Positions 1 to 13,210 of a DNA stretch of 64,000 bases are shown piece after piece. Every line of letters starts with the position of its first letter. Position 1 is the first letter of the stretch. A model generated the notes under the pieces. The model was not told where the DNA came from. It saw only the letters and a list, made by a program, of their open reading frames with translations, and did no database searches. The position numbers and the translations under genes were made by a program. This stretch comes from Lytechinus pictus. Lineage: Eukaryota. The stretch is taken from the NCBI RefSeq assembly GCF_037042905.1, contig NC_087252.1:27530001-27594000 (forward strand), in the 5' to 3' direction.

Positions 1-73
1 TTCAACTCGAGTGTTGTGTTCGTAATAGGTCCATGGTTGGAGTGGGGAATAGAGCAATGCCAATATGTAGGAC

Positions 74-94
74 CATGGACCTACTAGGTCCATG
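74..94. mobile_element. Palindromic P-superfamily-like terminal remnant (CATGGACCTACTAGGTCCATG)
   Basis: 21-nt near-palindrome with CA..TG ends, flanked by gtaggac/ctaggac (6/7 direct repeat). Confidence 0.65.
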
Positions 95-668
95 CTAGGA
101 CCTACATTGTACGACAACACACGTGAGAGACACTAGCGAACCTACTTTCAATGTTTTATCAATGGAAGTTGCCCCCAAAATTCAACACGGTCCAGAACAT
201 TATCAAATCATGATTCTCACAATTTTCATTATCCTGTATTCGTTTTGAAGTTTGCAACAAAAAGAAGGAATTTGTTTAACATTGTATGTGACGACATTGG
301 TTATTAACAGGACTTCAATTTGCATCTTGTAATTACATCATTTTTTTGTCTTAGATAAATATGATTTGCCATTCTCTAATTTGACCCCTTCACTCCATTC
401 ACAGTTTATATGGATGTCTCCTATTATGATTGACAAGTTCCTCCTTATCGTGGTTTTTCTCAGGATTTCGGGTAAAATATATGACGTCATTACTGGTGTG
501 ACTTACATGAGCAGCGAAGCGACTCGGGGACGAAAAGGAAACACTCAAATCTGTATCACTTCAGCCTTGTGCTTTGTTATGAATTTAGTGATTTCTAAAA
601 AAGGAAGTATGCCACCTTTGGTTATTGCACTCTGCGTTTTGGAGCCCAGTATAATCCCACACTGTTAA

Positions 669-930
669 AGGTCAAGTCCACCTCAGAAAGATGTTGATTT
701 AAATTAATGGAGAAAAATCAGACAAGCATGATGCTAAAAATGTCATCAAAATCGGACGTAAAATAAGACAGTTATGACATTTTGAAGTTTCGCTTATTTT
801 TCACAACATAGTTATATGCACAATATAGTCACATGCAAACGAGAGAATCGATGATGGCCCTCACTCACTATTTCTTTTGTTTTTTATTGTTTGAATTATA
901 CATTATTTGCAATTTTTGCAGATTTGACAA
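669..930 (+). mobile_element. Kolobok-like non-autonomous DNA transposon, left-end fragment (family A)
   Basis: Begins ttaa|aggtcaagtccac; homologous to 35079-35212 and, inverted, to 56265-56516; TTAA target and purine-purine terminus. Confidence 0.65.
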
Positions 931-1397
931 TTCTGGCTATAATGATACTGTATGGACCTTTATCGTATTTCTTATTCATCATCCTCCAGCTCATATTATG
1001 CAAGGGCACATCAGATTATTTTTTTAATTTGATTACCTGCTGTCTTATAGTACACAACTTTGATTTGTTAAAAAAAACGCGACTCGGTTTTGATACAAAC
1101 TTCGTTCCCTTGAAATAAAAATTATGATATTTAATTCATCGAAATCAATAGTAAGATACTTGCCAATAAAGCCCGGATTCAATTTAGTAAGTATACTGAT
1201 CCGGATGACTTGAAACATCTGTTTATTCAATCCGATGTCGTTTCCCTAAATCTAGGCGAATATCATTATCAAATTAATCCGGGCGAGAATTACCCATCTC
1301 TTTGTTCTCATCTAGACGTGCCTTTCCCCACTGTCACATACCGTCTGGCAATTCAAACTCGAGCCTGTCGCTGATCCCTGTACTTCTGGACTAGCAT

Positions 1398-1648
1398 GGG
1401 CCCCGTCTTACAAAGAGTTACGATTGATCCAATCAATCGCAACTCTGGAAATCCATCAGTGTCACATCTTTTTCGACAGGAAATTTGCAAAATGTCACCA
1501 AATTGTCAAGAAATCAATGAATTTATGGATATACATTCATATCTAGAATTTTTTTTGGGAACAAACATGCATTTTATATGTTGACTTTGCTAGCTTTCCA
1601 TAGTTGCGATTGATCGGATCCATCGCAACTCTTTGTAAGACGTGCCCC
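1398..1648 (+). mobile_element. Harbinger-like MITE
   Basis: TIRs gggccccgtcttacaaagagtt ... aactctttgtaagacgtgccc. Confidence 0.7.
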
Positions 1649-1921
1649 CGGTCTTGCAAAGAGTTTTATTTGATCGCATAATTCAACCACAACTATGGAA
1701 GGCCCGACACCAACATCTAAAATGCATGTTTGTTCAAAATGTCTACATGATGAATCTGATACCCATACACCTACATGCATATCGTTGTAACAACTCGGTA
1801 TGCTTCCTCTTTGTTTAGTAAGGACATAGTTGAAGTTTCCTGCAGGAAAAAACACGACATTGATGGATTTCCATAGCTGATGTCGATTGAATCAATCACA
1901 TCTCTTTGCAAGACGGGGCCC
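1645..1921 (-). mobile_element. Harbinger-like MITE, second diverged copy in inverted orientation
   Basis: cccggtcttgcaaagag ... ctctttgcaagacggggccc; internal sequence is the reverse-complement homolog of 1398-1648. Confidence 0.65.
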
Positions 1922-3138
1922 TGGTCTACAACATTGATTATTGCATTTTGTTACATTATCACATGCGTCTGTAAATAGAAGGGAGAATAAGTGGCAAATT
2001 ATTGTATTTTATTGAGGGACCACACCCAGTAGGCTGTCAATAATTCGAGTATAGATCTGAGAAACCGATTGTCGCGATCAAAGTGATTTCACCCGTATCG
2101 GTTACATGCACTTGACGAGACAATGTACATTATGTACTATCAAGTGCATCCGTAGTCTCGTATTACAGCCTTGCTGTATCAAATGTAAATATTATTTTGC
2201 TATTACTATTTCGAATAATGTTTGGAGAATGTTTGACTCAAATATATCTTTGATGGGTTTGTATACAATAAATGTTAAAAGCAAATTTATAGGCCAAGTA
2301 ATGAGTCACCGACCGATCTGTGCCATATTTTACAGGCCCATTGTAGTTGGTATTGATGGGGGAATTCGGGCATGGATTCTGATAACGGGGGAATTTTATC
2401 CATCACCTAATGATTGAACTCCTGAGCAAGGAATTAAGGATATCATAAGGCCGTACGAAGGGTATAGGCCTTGTGCAATGTTTTGACGACGTGGACTATG
2501 TTTTGCGTGTGTCATTTATTTGGCAGGGAGGCGAGAACGCAGGTATTATATGATATTTGCTTTCGGAAGCTGTTTATTTTTAGCATGACAGGATTGTCGA
2601 GGAAAGCACACAGTCATGATTGCGTGTTGCTAAACAACTCTGTAGACCTAACATGATTGCTTTGTGGGTCATATCATGTGAAGGGCACGACCAAGAAAAG
2701 AGGGAGGAGAGAGAGAGACATGGAGAAAGGGTGGGGGTTGGGAAGGAAAGGGGGGGGGGGGGGGGCTTGTGTCATGCTTTGTTGCGTGCGGACAAGCAGG
2801 CCTTTCCTTTTATTTCTTGAGGACTGTCGTTTAACGATGGGGCATTAAAATTGATATTTAGTTATTTCTTATTGAATATTCGATTTGATGTTTCTTGTGA
2901 ACATTCATGTCAATCTTTTTTTTTGTGTTTGATAAAGAATTTGAAAGTTTCAAACAAAACTGGAACCACTCATGGTCGGCCTATCTAGAGTACATAGGAG
3001 TCTTCACAAGTGATGTGCATATATGGGGGGGGGGGGGGGTGAGAGGATCGTACATAATGATATTGTTTAATTTTGTTATTTCGAAATGATTTATATTCCC
3101 TTGCCCATGCAACCGGCCCCTCTCCCAAAACAAAATAC

Positions 3139-3152
3139 TTTATAGCTCCATG
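3139..3152. mobile_element. One-sided P-like terminal remnant (ttt-atagctccatg)
   Basis: Perfect 7-bp direct repeat aaaatac on both sides; right terminus of the CATGGAGCTATTA variant. Confidence 0.55.
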
Positions 3153-3498
3153 AAAATACAGTACATTGATCATTCAGCTGTAGTAAACGGGGCTTGTTTA
3201 CAAGACTACAAGGGTCTCCTCTGTTTGGGCGTGTGACGTTTCCCAATCGCTGACCCGCGAAATACGGAAGGCGAAGGTCGGGTTTGTGAGAGGGCCTCGA
3301 AGGGCGACTAATATTTTGATTGAATAATTGATGGATGCGAAGCCCGTGAATGATCTTGCACAAAGAGATTAGCTTTCGACATATCGCTTCTTCCATCCCC
3401 CCCCCCCCCGTTTCTAACTCATTCCGACCTGTCCCTTTTCTCGTTTCCTTCCTCTCGCCCCTCCTTATAGTCCATCATATCGACCTGGTGAACGTGTC

Positions 3499-3666
3499 CG
3501 TCCGACAATTAGTTGTCGGATCTGACATCTTTTCTAGATTTTGATTAGCTGAGAGGCACTGTTACTATGGTAATCGTCGGATAAAACAGGATTCGTCAGA
3601 TCATGGAGCTATTAATAGCTCTGTGGTCAGATGAAACGTCCGCCAAGTCCTTTCATGAAACGCCCC
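3499..3666 (-). mobile_element. Harbinger-like MITE (family of 42683-42839), interrupted at 3602-3632
   Basis: Reverse-complement homology to 42683-42839, ending aagtcctttcatgaaacgccc. Confidence 0.7.
3602..3625. mobile_element. 24-nt palindromic P-like remnant CATGGAGCTATTAATAGCTCTGTG
   Basis: Perfect 7-bp TSD gtcagat; absent from the homologous MITE copy at 42683-42839. Confidence 0.75.
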
Positions 3667-3869
3667 CCCCCCCTGTACTGTGGTCATTAGATCTGCCCAT
3701 CTAATTCCTCACTTTTTTCATCACTTTGTCGAGCTCAAGCCGTCCCATTCCCTTGTTACTCGGTAAGTACCAAGTACATGTAGGCCTATACTCCCACCCC
3801 CTTCCCATCTTCCACTACACCTCCATACATTACCCCCCTCATCACCTTCTTCCTCTCCCTACTTTTAAT

Positions 3870-3995
3870 TTTCATATATATTCTTCATTGAATCCTCACC
3901 ATCTTTATAATTATCTACTTTCTTAATTCTTCCTCCCCTTTTCATTTTCATATTCTTCATTGAATCCTCGTCATCTTTATAATTATCTACTTTCT
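3870..3995. repeat. ~50-bp imperfect direct duplication in pyrimidine-rich low-complexity DNA
   Basis: attcttcattgaatcctc..catctttataattatctacttt occurs twice. Confidence 0.7.
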
Positions 3996-6900
3996 TTCTT
4001 ATTTCTTCTTTCTTTCTTTCTTTTTTCCTTTCTTCATCCTCTTTCACTTTGTTGCTTGTCTCTCGTCTCTTACCATTAAAAAATTCATACTCTCCACTAT
4101 AAGCTATCATGTTTATATACATCCTTCTTTTGTTGTCGCCTTTTATCTCTTTCTCAGTCTCCGTTTATCCCTCCAATCATAGACCTACATGCTCCGACTT
4201 AGCACCCCCTTTCAGATATTTAATTTTTTCTCTGAAATTTCCTCATGCAGTGAAACGATAGCTCCTGAATTCTTGATGACTGACCCCCCCCCCCCTTCCG
4301 CACCCTTCAGTCAATGTTGAAATCTCGTTTCATTTTCATTTGATCCCTGTTGTGACACAATACAACTGGAACTCAACGACACAGATCATTTGCCATGAGT
4401 TCGTTATTACCGATTTAGCCGTCGTTGCGTGGTGGTCGATATTTATTGTGCAGAGTGAGTGATTACCCGGTAGCAGGATTTGTGTGTATTCCTAAAATAC
4501 TGGATATTTACTTTGAGATAATACCCAAGTTGACTTCTGCTGACGATGAGGAGATTCTGTATCGAAGGTAGATAGATCATGTTATTTGTTTTTAATTCAT
4601 TGTGTTTTATTTTATTTTTATTTTATCCCAATTCCCAGGCTACATTTATATGTTGGTGCACAACTGCACATGCATGACATGACATGGCCTATATTTTACT
4701 TCGTTGGTGTTTTTTATATAGTTTTTGATGAACTATTCACTCATCGTTTACAAGTTTGGCAGTTGCTGGAAAACTACAGACTAACTCCATAGATCGATAT
4801 TACCCGTCTGTATGTGATAATGATTTTGTAACTTGATATCGCCATGGTAGCAATTATAGCAAAGTTTTCGAGTTCAGTTGTGCCCGAATGCTTACGGGAC
4901 TTCCCCTCTCAATGTGGGGGGGGGGGGGGGGGGGGGTTCTGTATAAAATAATGCGTCCGAGATTCCAGTATTAGTCACACTCTGGTGTTATTTTCAAAGA
5001 CAATTATAGGTAATATCGGCCATATTGGTATAATCTACAAGAAAATATTTTTAGTTTAGATTTTCCGTGCCCGATACACATTATGCTATACAGTATTATG
5101 TTACATTTTATATCAAAGTAGGACAAATATTTTCTTAATGTCTATGATTTTTTTTCAGTGTAATTGGAAATCATGTATTGTTTATTTAAAAAAAAGTCAT
5201 TTTTATGCTATTGTATTTGTAACTACATTCGTAAATCATGTCAAATAGTGATGTGTACATGACTTTGTATATAAAGTTAAATTCACTTCAGTTCGTCGCC
5301 CATTGTACATGTTGTAGGGCAGCTTAAAAAAGGAAGTGCCAACAACTGAATTGCTTAAAATCGGAACCTGTGTTTCCCCGCATTTTTTATTAATCAATGT
5401 GATAAGGTCACTTGCCATTATTTAGCCTACTTCAAATCTTTGTATGTAGACTTTACATACAGTTTCATGTTCGAACTCGTTTTGACATTTTCTAAGTAAT
5501 TCCTTTGAGTAATGTTGATCATGAAATGATTATCTCAAGTTCATTATCTGATCAGACACTTGTGTATAAATTTTACAATGTTTACACAGACACTGAAATA
5601 CTTTTATTACTTTACACTGGCTGTACGTGTGGAAATGCCCCTCGAGTTAAATGGCACATATTTTTTTTGTTTCGTTATCTGTTTTGATTCGGGCGTTACT
5701 CATAGCCAATATTTCCGCTTATTAACGCCCACGTTTTGCCATTGTTCAGTAAGCTACACATCCTATTCTACACTCTTTTTTTCTCTCTCTCTTCACACAT
5801 CCCAATACATTATAACAGTATATATATATATATCGAACACATGCATTCGTTGTATACAAGTACTAATAGTAATAGTAGATTTGTATAGGCCTATTGTCAG
5901 TGGTTCCCCGAACGCACGTTGAATACCAATCTCGAGGGTTAATGATCATTATCCCTTCATTGCCCTCTGGGCATGCTGGGTCAATGTTTTAGGGATGTTT
6001 CCACCCTGTGGCTGTAGGGTAGCCCAAAATATAATTGTGTATTGCCTGACGTAGCAACAATCCGGACTCATCTGTTTTACATGTAGGCCATGGTATGGTA
6101 CCAGGTTTAGACTTTAACTTAGAACACATGATGCCCCCTTCCTTACTAGCCCCACCCCCTTTCAGTGGTAGAAAACAGATTGGGTATGTTTAGGGTAATA
6201 TTACTGCAATTGTCTAGCAATTATATCTTATATTGATGAATTTACTCCTATAAATCGTTAAAATTTTTTTTTTTTTTTTTTTTTACAAATTCATTTTTAA
6301 TTATTAAAAAAATAACGTCCTGTCATTGATGATTCATATATTATGTTTTTGTCATTCCACTTTATTGAGCGGTTTATTACGCTACATATTCTTCATTGAA
6401 TGAGATAGTAGTACTTTTTTATCAACTTTAACATTACCTATTTTAGTACACCGTTCATACATGCAAATGCTTCCAATTTTAATTGTCGAATACTTCCTTA
6501 TATTGTATAATACAAAAAAGAAGACAAAACAAAATAATCACATGCCCAGGCAGTGCCCACTGTAACCATGGAAGAGTGTACTACGGGTTATCGTGCATGT
6601 ATGCATTATGCACGCAAATCCTTGTCACAAGTGACACTATTAAAGATGATTTATAATGATGAATCTTATTGTATAAGATATATGGATATAATCAAATCCG
6701 GATTAAATAACAACGAACACATGTCTTTGTTTGCAAGATTTCGCGAATCCACTCGATTTATGCTACAATTGAACAGCTCAGGGGGGCTTCTTGGTATCGC
6801 AGAACAATCCAGTCATCGCTCTTTGTTCCCCCAGCGATTGGTATACGTTATTCGTGATATCGTTCAACCCGCTCCTCAGCACAGGTGAATAGAAAGGTAT

Positions 6901-7499
6901 GTCTTGCTCAAGCGTCTGGTATGCAACTTTTGTCATCGATCTAGTCTCGATATTCAGACTCTATGGAATAGTTAAAGGAGAATAGTGTGACCGTTCAGTA
7001 TTGCGGAAAATGAATAATACTATAGAGCGAAATTTCTTTTTCCTAAAAATGATAGTTGAGATATAACTTACCAGTAACCCTACTTGTTTTTATTCGATCT
7101 TTGTTTTCTTTCTGAAATAAAGACCCATTGTTTATACAGAATACAGTCCACCATGTACTGTATTATGTAACAATGGGTCTACATGTAGCCAGCCATTTAA
7201 AAATTTATATTTGAATTTTATTATTTTTACTGGATCATTTTGCGTGGTTACGACATCGTTTATTCATCCATGGACCTACTCTGGTTCTTGTATAGCTGAT
7301 AACGTATTTGCAAATCAATTATTTCACCACTTTGTTTCTCTTTCGATGTAATAGCCAATCAAGCTCTCAAGTATAATGCGCACCAGCTTATGTTGGTTCG
7401 TTGTTTTTTTTTTGTCATTTCATTGTCATTAAAAATGTAGTCAGAACTGTAGAAATCTCTCGGATGGACAAGTTAAGTATTCGAATTCGATCAGATTTA

Positions 7500-8020
7500 G
7501 GGTGCGTTTATCCGCCACTTTTTTACCCTATAATCATGATTCCAATCATGATTCAAATCACGATTCTGCAGAATCACGATTGCGTTTAGTCGAAATTGAA
7601 TATAATCATGATTAGAATCACAAACATGAACTACGAAAAAAAGGGCGTTTGGAAAGACGTTTCTGCAGAATCACGTACGAAAATGTTCGGATAAACGATA
7701 TCGTGATTTGAATCATGATTATATGACGTCATTGTGTCGAGCTATTTCCGGTTCTTGCCAAGGCGCGCGCCCCACGTTGTCACATCACATGTACGTCGCC
7801 GACCTCCAATTAAGTGTCCAACGTTGACCTATACTTCCTGGGTCAAACTGCGCACTGTGATGCGCACTGGATCGGTCCGAATCCGAGGAGAAACAGCGTT
7901 GGAACGAAGGTCGTCTAAACCCTGATTCTGTAGTAATTGTGATTCATGTTTGTGATTTGAATCATGATTCCAATCATGATTCAAATCACGATTCTGGCTT
8001 GAGGTCGGATAAACGCAGCC
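7500..8020. mobile_element. Harbinger-like MITE with internal aatcatgatt palindromic subrepeats
   Basis: TIRs gggtgcgtttatccg / cggataaacgcagcc; TA/TTA-like flanks; repeated aatcatgattccaatcatgattcaaatcacgattc. Confidence 0.75.
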
Positions 8021-8949
8021 TATGTATCGTTATTTTTAAAATGTTATGATGTGAATATTGCATAACATATACTTGCAATGGTTTCGTTTGATATCAACGA
8101 AATTCTTTATGATTTTACCTTTGAGAAGTCATAAATATTTATCGCGTCCATGATTAAAAACTTTCAAGCCTTTAATATTAGGTCAGTATACGAATGATAA
8201 ACCTATTTTAAAACCTGCATATTTTCTTGTATAGATCCACTGTAGTAAAGTAATTTTGTTCTTTAATAATGAATTATTTGCCATTTACAAGTCATGCATA
8301 GGTAGATCATGATATTACATACATATATTCTTTCATGAAAAAATTACGGTACTCTTATTCACGGGACTTATTAAAGTGGACGTGGTCCTCGCCCTTGATC
8401 TACTGATCTAGATCTAGAAAAAGTAACGAATGGTCCCCCTCTTAGAAAGGGGCTTTAAAATCCCCATAGTATGCATGCCATTGGACTGAATGATTTTTTT
8501 AACAGAAAAGATAGCCCCCCTTTACAAAATGACATTGCTTATGAAATACTACACGAAAAACCCTGGCGATCACGAATACACATAAAGTTTTCGATACAAG
8601 TGTGAACACTGAACATCAACCCTTCCCAGAAAGACGGGTTTTTCTTTATAATATATATTCTATCATAGTTTGTGTTTTTTTTCTTAGGGAGGGCTTGTTA
8701 AATGCCCCCCCGGCCCTCCCTCAAACAAAATCCGTCAATTTATGCATATCAGAGTGAAATAAAGAAAAATGTAAACAAAGTCTATCTACATCAGAACTGC
8801 GCAACCAAAACGCAATTTCATTCCTTATACTATACCCGCATCTTCATGTCACATGTCGGATATATGTATATATATATATTTTTAAAATACTTTTCATGAG
8901 AATAATAATATCCTTTTTCAAGGTGAATGTTCATTTTCGAAAGAGGAAT

Positions 8950-9210
8950 GACAATGATTATAACTACAACAACAATGATGATGATAATAATGATAACAAT
9001 AATGATAATGATTTAATGATAACATGATGATGATGATAATAATGATAATAATAATAATAGTAATAACAATAATAATAATAATACTGATATAGATTTTTGG
9101 AAGGAGGAGGAGAAAACGACGAAGGAAAAGAAGAGGAAGTATATAGAAGAAAGAAAAATAATAAAAAGTAAGGAAAAGAATAAGACAACAAGAAGAACGA
9201 GGAGGAGCAT
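8950..9210. repeat. Degenerate (AAT/GAT)n microsatellite followed by GA-rich low-complexity tract
   Basis: Direct reading; explains ORFs 8918-9292. Confidence 0.9.
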
Positions 9211-12002
9211 TAAGATTAAGAAATGTGTCTTTTCCCTTTGTCATTAATACATGGAGGCCGATGAAGTATTGACACTTGACCGAGGATGACATCGCCTTAA
9301 GTAAAGTTCATGACTTTACCCCCTATAATGGGGGCACATCCCGGATACCCGGTATAATATAGCAAAGAAAGTTTTTTTTTTGTTAAGGGGGGGGGGGGGG
9401 AGTGACTGTCAAAATGGGCTGCGTCACGATCTGACGGTTCTTCATGCAATCTATCACCCGAAACATCTGTCAACAGCTCCTCATAACAGCTGATTTACGA
9501 GACACGCCCTTAGAACATACGGGATTCGTGCATGTAAATATAACCCCTTTCCGACGTGACTCGTCGAAAACTTCAATACAGACATCATTGTGCATGTCAT
9601 TGACAATGTCAATTTTACTTGTACAGAAATCTGCAGATTTTGTGTGTGCATTATTTTGATCTCTTTTCATCTGTATTTTCACGCGTAGTTTATTTGCATG
9701 ATTCCCCTTCGAATGGTATGTTTCAATAATCAATGTTTATTTGGGCCATTCCGGTTAAGGAGAGAAAACGGCAAGGTCAAAATCGAGCCCCTCCCCCAAA
9801 AATATATATCAACATAAGAAATTTGTAGTGAGTGAATTATTATTCACCAGTCCTGTAGAGATAGCAGTGATAACTTCAAGACGGAAATTTTTTTCATTGT
9901 TGAGAATTTTACGATTTAAGTATGAATTTCTCCCCAAAAATGTACTGAAAATTTGGACAAACAGAATATATACTTAAACAAACTGGAATAAAACAAAATT
10001 AAAGACAAACGTGATGGAGTTGGATTACCATAAAGAAGTCTGATGTGTATGTTTGTTGATAATTCCAACTAAATTGTTGACATGTTTTACGTTTCAGAAA
10101 TATTGCCGTTTGAAAAACTAGTATTGAGACGTTACCATGTCCGTCCCCTGATATTAGATTCATTAATCTCTTATTATATCGAGCCTGTAAATCATCTTGT
10201 CTTTCTTAACCTTATCATATTATACACTCATGAGGACTCTTTCAATCCCATATGGTATGATCAGATATGCCATGTACGAGAGATATGAAAATGTACTTTC
10301 AAAAATCTGATATTTTTGTCCGTCCCCTTCGTAACGTCCCAACTTTCAAGTTTCTACCACACACACGATACGAGATTCATCTCAAAAGTTCTTGAGCACG
10401 TGCGCCGGTCAACCCTGTTCATACACATACAAAATTTTCCATGTGTGTTTTCAGTCACGTAGTCCCAGGGAGAAAAAAAGCATGTCCGTCCCTTCAATAT
10501 GTTTGCCGTAACGTCTAAACTTTCGTGCTTTGTCTTGGGTGATTGTTATGTTTTGGTGTTGATTTCTCGTATTTTGTCGCGGTGTGTTGATTGATTAGTG
10601 ATATTTTTCCGTACTACCCTCATTTCTAAACGTATTTGTAAAGATATCCAATGATTTTCTTTCTTTATTAGAATATAATTTGCATTTACTTGAATATATG
10701 TTATCAAATTACGACGACCTAAATATTGATGATTATTACAAATATTAAGGAAAAATCTACGTAATTCTAAAAATGGCCGGGAATGTAGTAATCAAGAGAT
10801 GTAGTCTTGTTGGGAGTTTCATTCTGAACAAACAAATAAAAAAAATATATATAGTTAAGGAGATAATCCGGACAATTATATAGATATCATGACGACGTTA
10901 CTCATTTGATGTGGACATGATTTGAGGGTGTCCACCGTCGCGTCTCAAACTAAAAAAGTTTACTTACATGCATAATCGATACTTTTATTTAATTCTGATC
11001 TACAATCATATCTAGTTGGCAAGATTATCGAATTCTTATTCTTCATAATGCTGCAAAATAAAGCAAGAAGTTTTCTTACCTTTTTGCCATGCTTCACCTT
11101 CGCTAGGACGTTATTCTGAATCACAAAGACATGTCCAATATTTTATCCAATGACGTCCAAATTGTAAAAACGGCACATCGTACATTATCTACTCTTTTAT
11201 AGATAAAATGTGTATTTCCATAATAAATCTTACGACTGCCCATACCTTCCGAGACACTTAAAAAGGTTTTATAAATTTTACATGTAAACAAAATGATGTA
11301 AAAGGCACTAGAACAGACTAGACATTATGATCTCCATGAGGACACTGTAGAATTAAATGTCCGCAATAACGTCCTCGTAACAATTATGTATTTTACCATA
11401 TTTAGTTTTATATTTATTTCAAAAACATATCAAAATCTTCTAATCGTTCTCAGAAAAAACGTTTAAATCACAATCAGGCTTTACGTTTATAAAGTGATCA
11501 CCGTATGTGATGTTTATGGCTGCTCTCTTTACTTCAGACGTTATGATTTTAAACGACAATGTCTTCCGTAACGTCGCACGACTTTTACACCATAATTTGT
11601 TGCTGGTGATTCTTTAGATTTAGGTGGTTGTTTTATTCACATGAATTCATGAAATAGTGCTTTCAAGCAACTTTGATTTTCTGTTCTAGAATTAAAAAAA
11701 ACAATCGAAAGATATAAAAACTACAAATTAGACGTTACGACTTTGACGATGGACATTGCCAAAAATGTGTCGCATATATAATTTTAATAATGCTTGAAAT
11801 TGTCTTTATTTTCATTTGTTTTACCTCGCAATAAACTAGTATTCAAGAGTTGAAAAAAAAAGTTAATTTAGGCATACAGTATCAAGCGATGCACGATGTG
11901 ACAAGTGTCCTTTTAAGACGTTATTTATTCTTTTTAATATTCCACAATGTCTCATATAAAATTCAGGATTTTTGGAAAGTGGCGGCTAAATTTTTTGACA
12001 TC

Positions 12003-12137
12003 GAGGGCTGCGAAACGGGATGAAAGTCGGGGGGGGGGGGGGTGGTCGACCATGCAAAAAAAAATCAAAATCAGATGTTTTTTTCTGATGGGATAAAGCC
12101 ATCCCAGCGCCCCCCCCCCCCCGTTCTGGGACCCCTG
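12003..12137 (+). mobile_element. Degenerate hAT-like MITE nested in the Sola-like element
   Basis: Homologous to 62289-62448 (G tract, gaccatgcaaaaaa, C tract, ccctg end). Confidence 0.5.
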
Positions 12138-13069
12138 GTATCAGCGGCGGTTTGGATTTAGGTGCCCAAATTATGTCAATGTTGTGTGGCCAATGTTGTA
12201 ATTCGAATTGTGACAGAATTCCATTTTCTTCTCTTTTGACAATAAAATTATAATCTTGCTTTAATCAAATGTATTTTATTTTATTTTATTTTGGATTCTG
12301 AAACAAATGTATTGAATAAACATATTTTAATGGTTCGCTACCTAAAAAGATATTTTATACGGTTTCATTTGTTCCTGAATGTACCATGCGGCGGATCCGG
12401 ATATGACAAGGGGCTCAAACTGATGACTTCCCAACAAAATTGATATTTTTTAATGTTCTAAAACTATTCAAGTTGGTTTTTGGACGTTTTGTGTAAACAT
12501 TTTATGGAAGTCAACATGTGGTAGGTTTTAGACGTTTTAACACCTTTTTTTAAACGTCAAAATAACCCCCTCCCCCAAAAAAAACATTTAAAAAACTTTC
12601 GGAAGTTCGATGAGATGATGATGGTGATGATAATGATGATTGATGGTGATGATGATGATAATGACAATGAAGGTAACAATTTTGCACAATGGAGATCCGA
12701 TTAATGGTCGTAATGACAAGAATGATGTGAAATCATTTTAACAAGCTTTCTGCCTTTTTATTGCATCCCCGATTTCCTATCAATTATCTTTCAATTTGTA
12801 TGAAATATGTGCCAACAAATAATATCACTTTTGTTTAAATTTATTAGATTTTTATTCTCATTGTTATATTCTCGATCTTTGTCTGATGATTATTTTATCA
12901 CCCAGTACTTTTAATGAATTTGAAATAAATGCTGAATTGATATTGACAACTCATTGTAGCATGAATAATCGGCATTATAGGCCTACGCAATAAAAAAGAT
13001 GGTTCATTGAGGGCAGAAATTCTGTCAAAGGATGCATTTATAAACGATACAAGACACAAAATTATTTTT

Positions 13070-13210
13070 TTAAAGACACATCACGCGAGACTTTTTACCT
13101 TTTATTATTTTCTTTTCCAATTTCATTCAAGGATTTCATCACGAAATTGTTATTTAAAAAAAAGACACATCACGCGAGACTTTTTTCCTTTTATTATTCT
13201 CTTTTCCATA
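13070..13210. repeat. Local direct duplication (~50 bp)
   Basis: aaagacacatcacgcgagacttttt.ccttttattatt.tcttttcca occurs twice. Confidence 0.75.

Noticed and set aside
4178..4191. Further P-like scar catagacctacatg
   Set aside because: TSD only 5/7 and terminus degenerate; not counted
8918..9292. Hydrophobic membrane-protein-like ORFs (also 26064-26271, 34169-34513)
   Set aside because: Translations of microsatellites and low-complexity DNA
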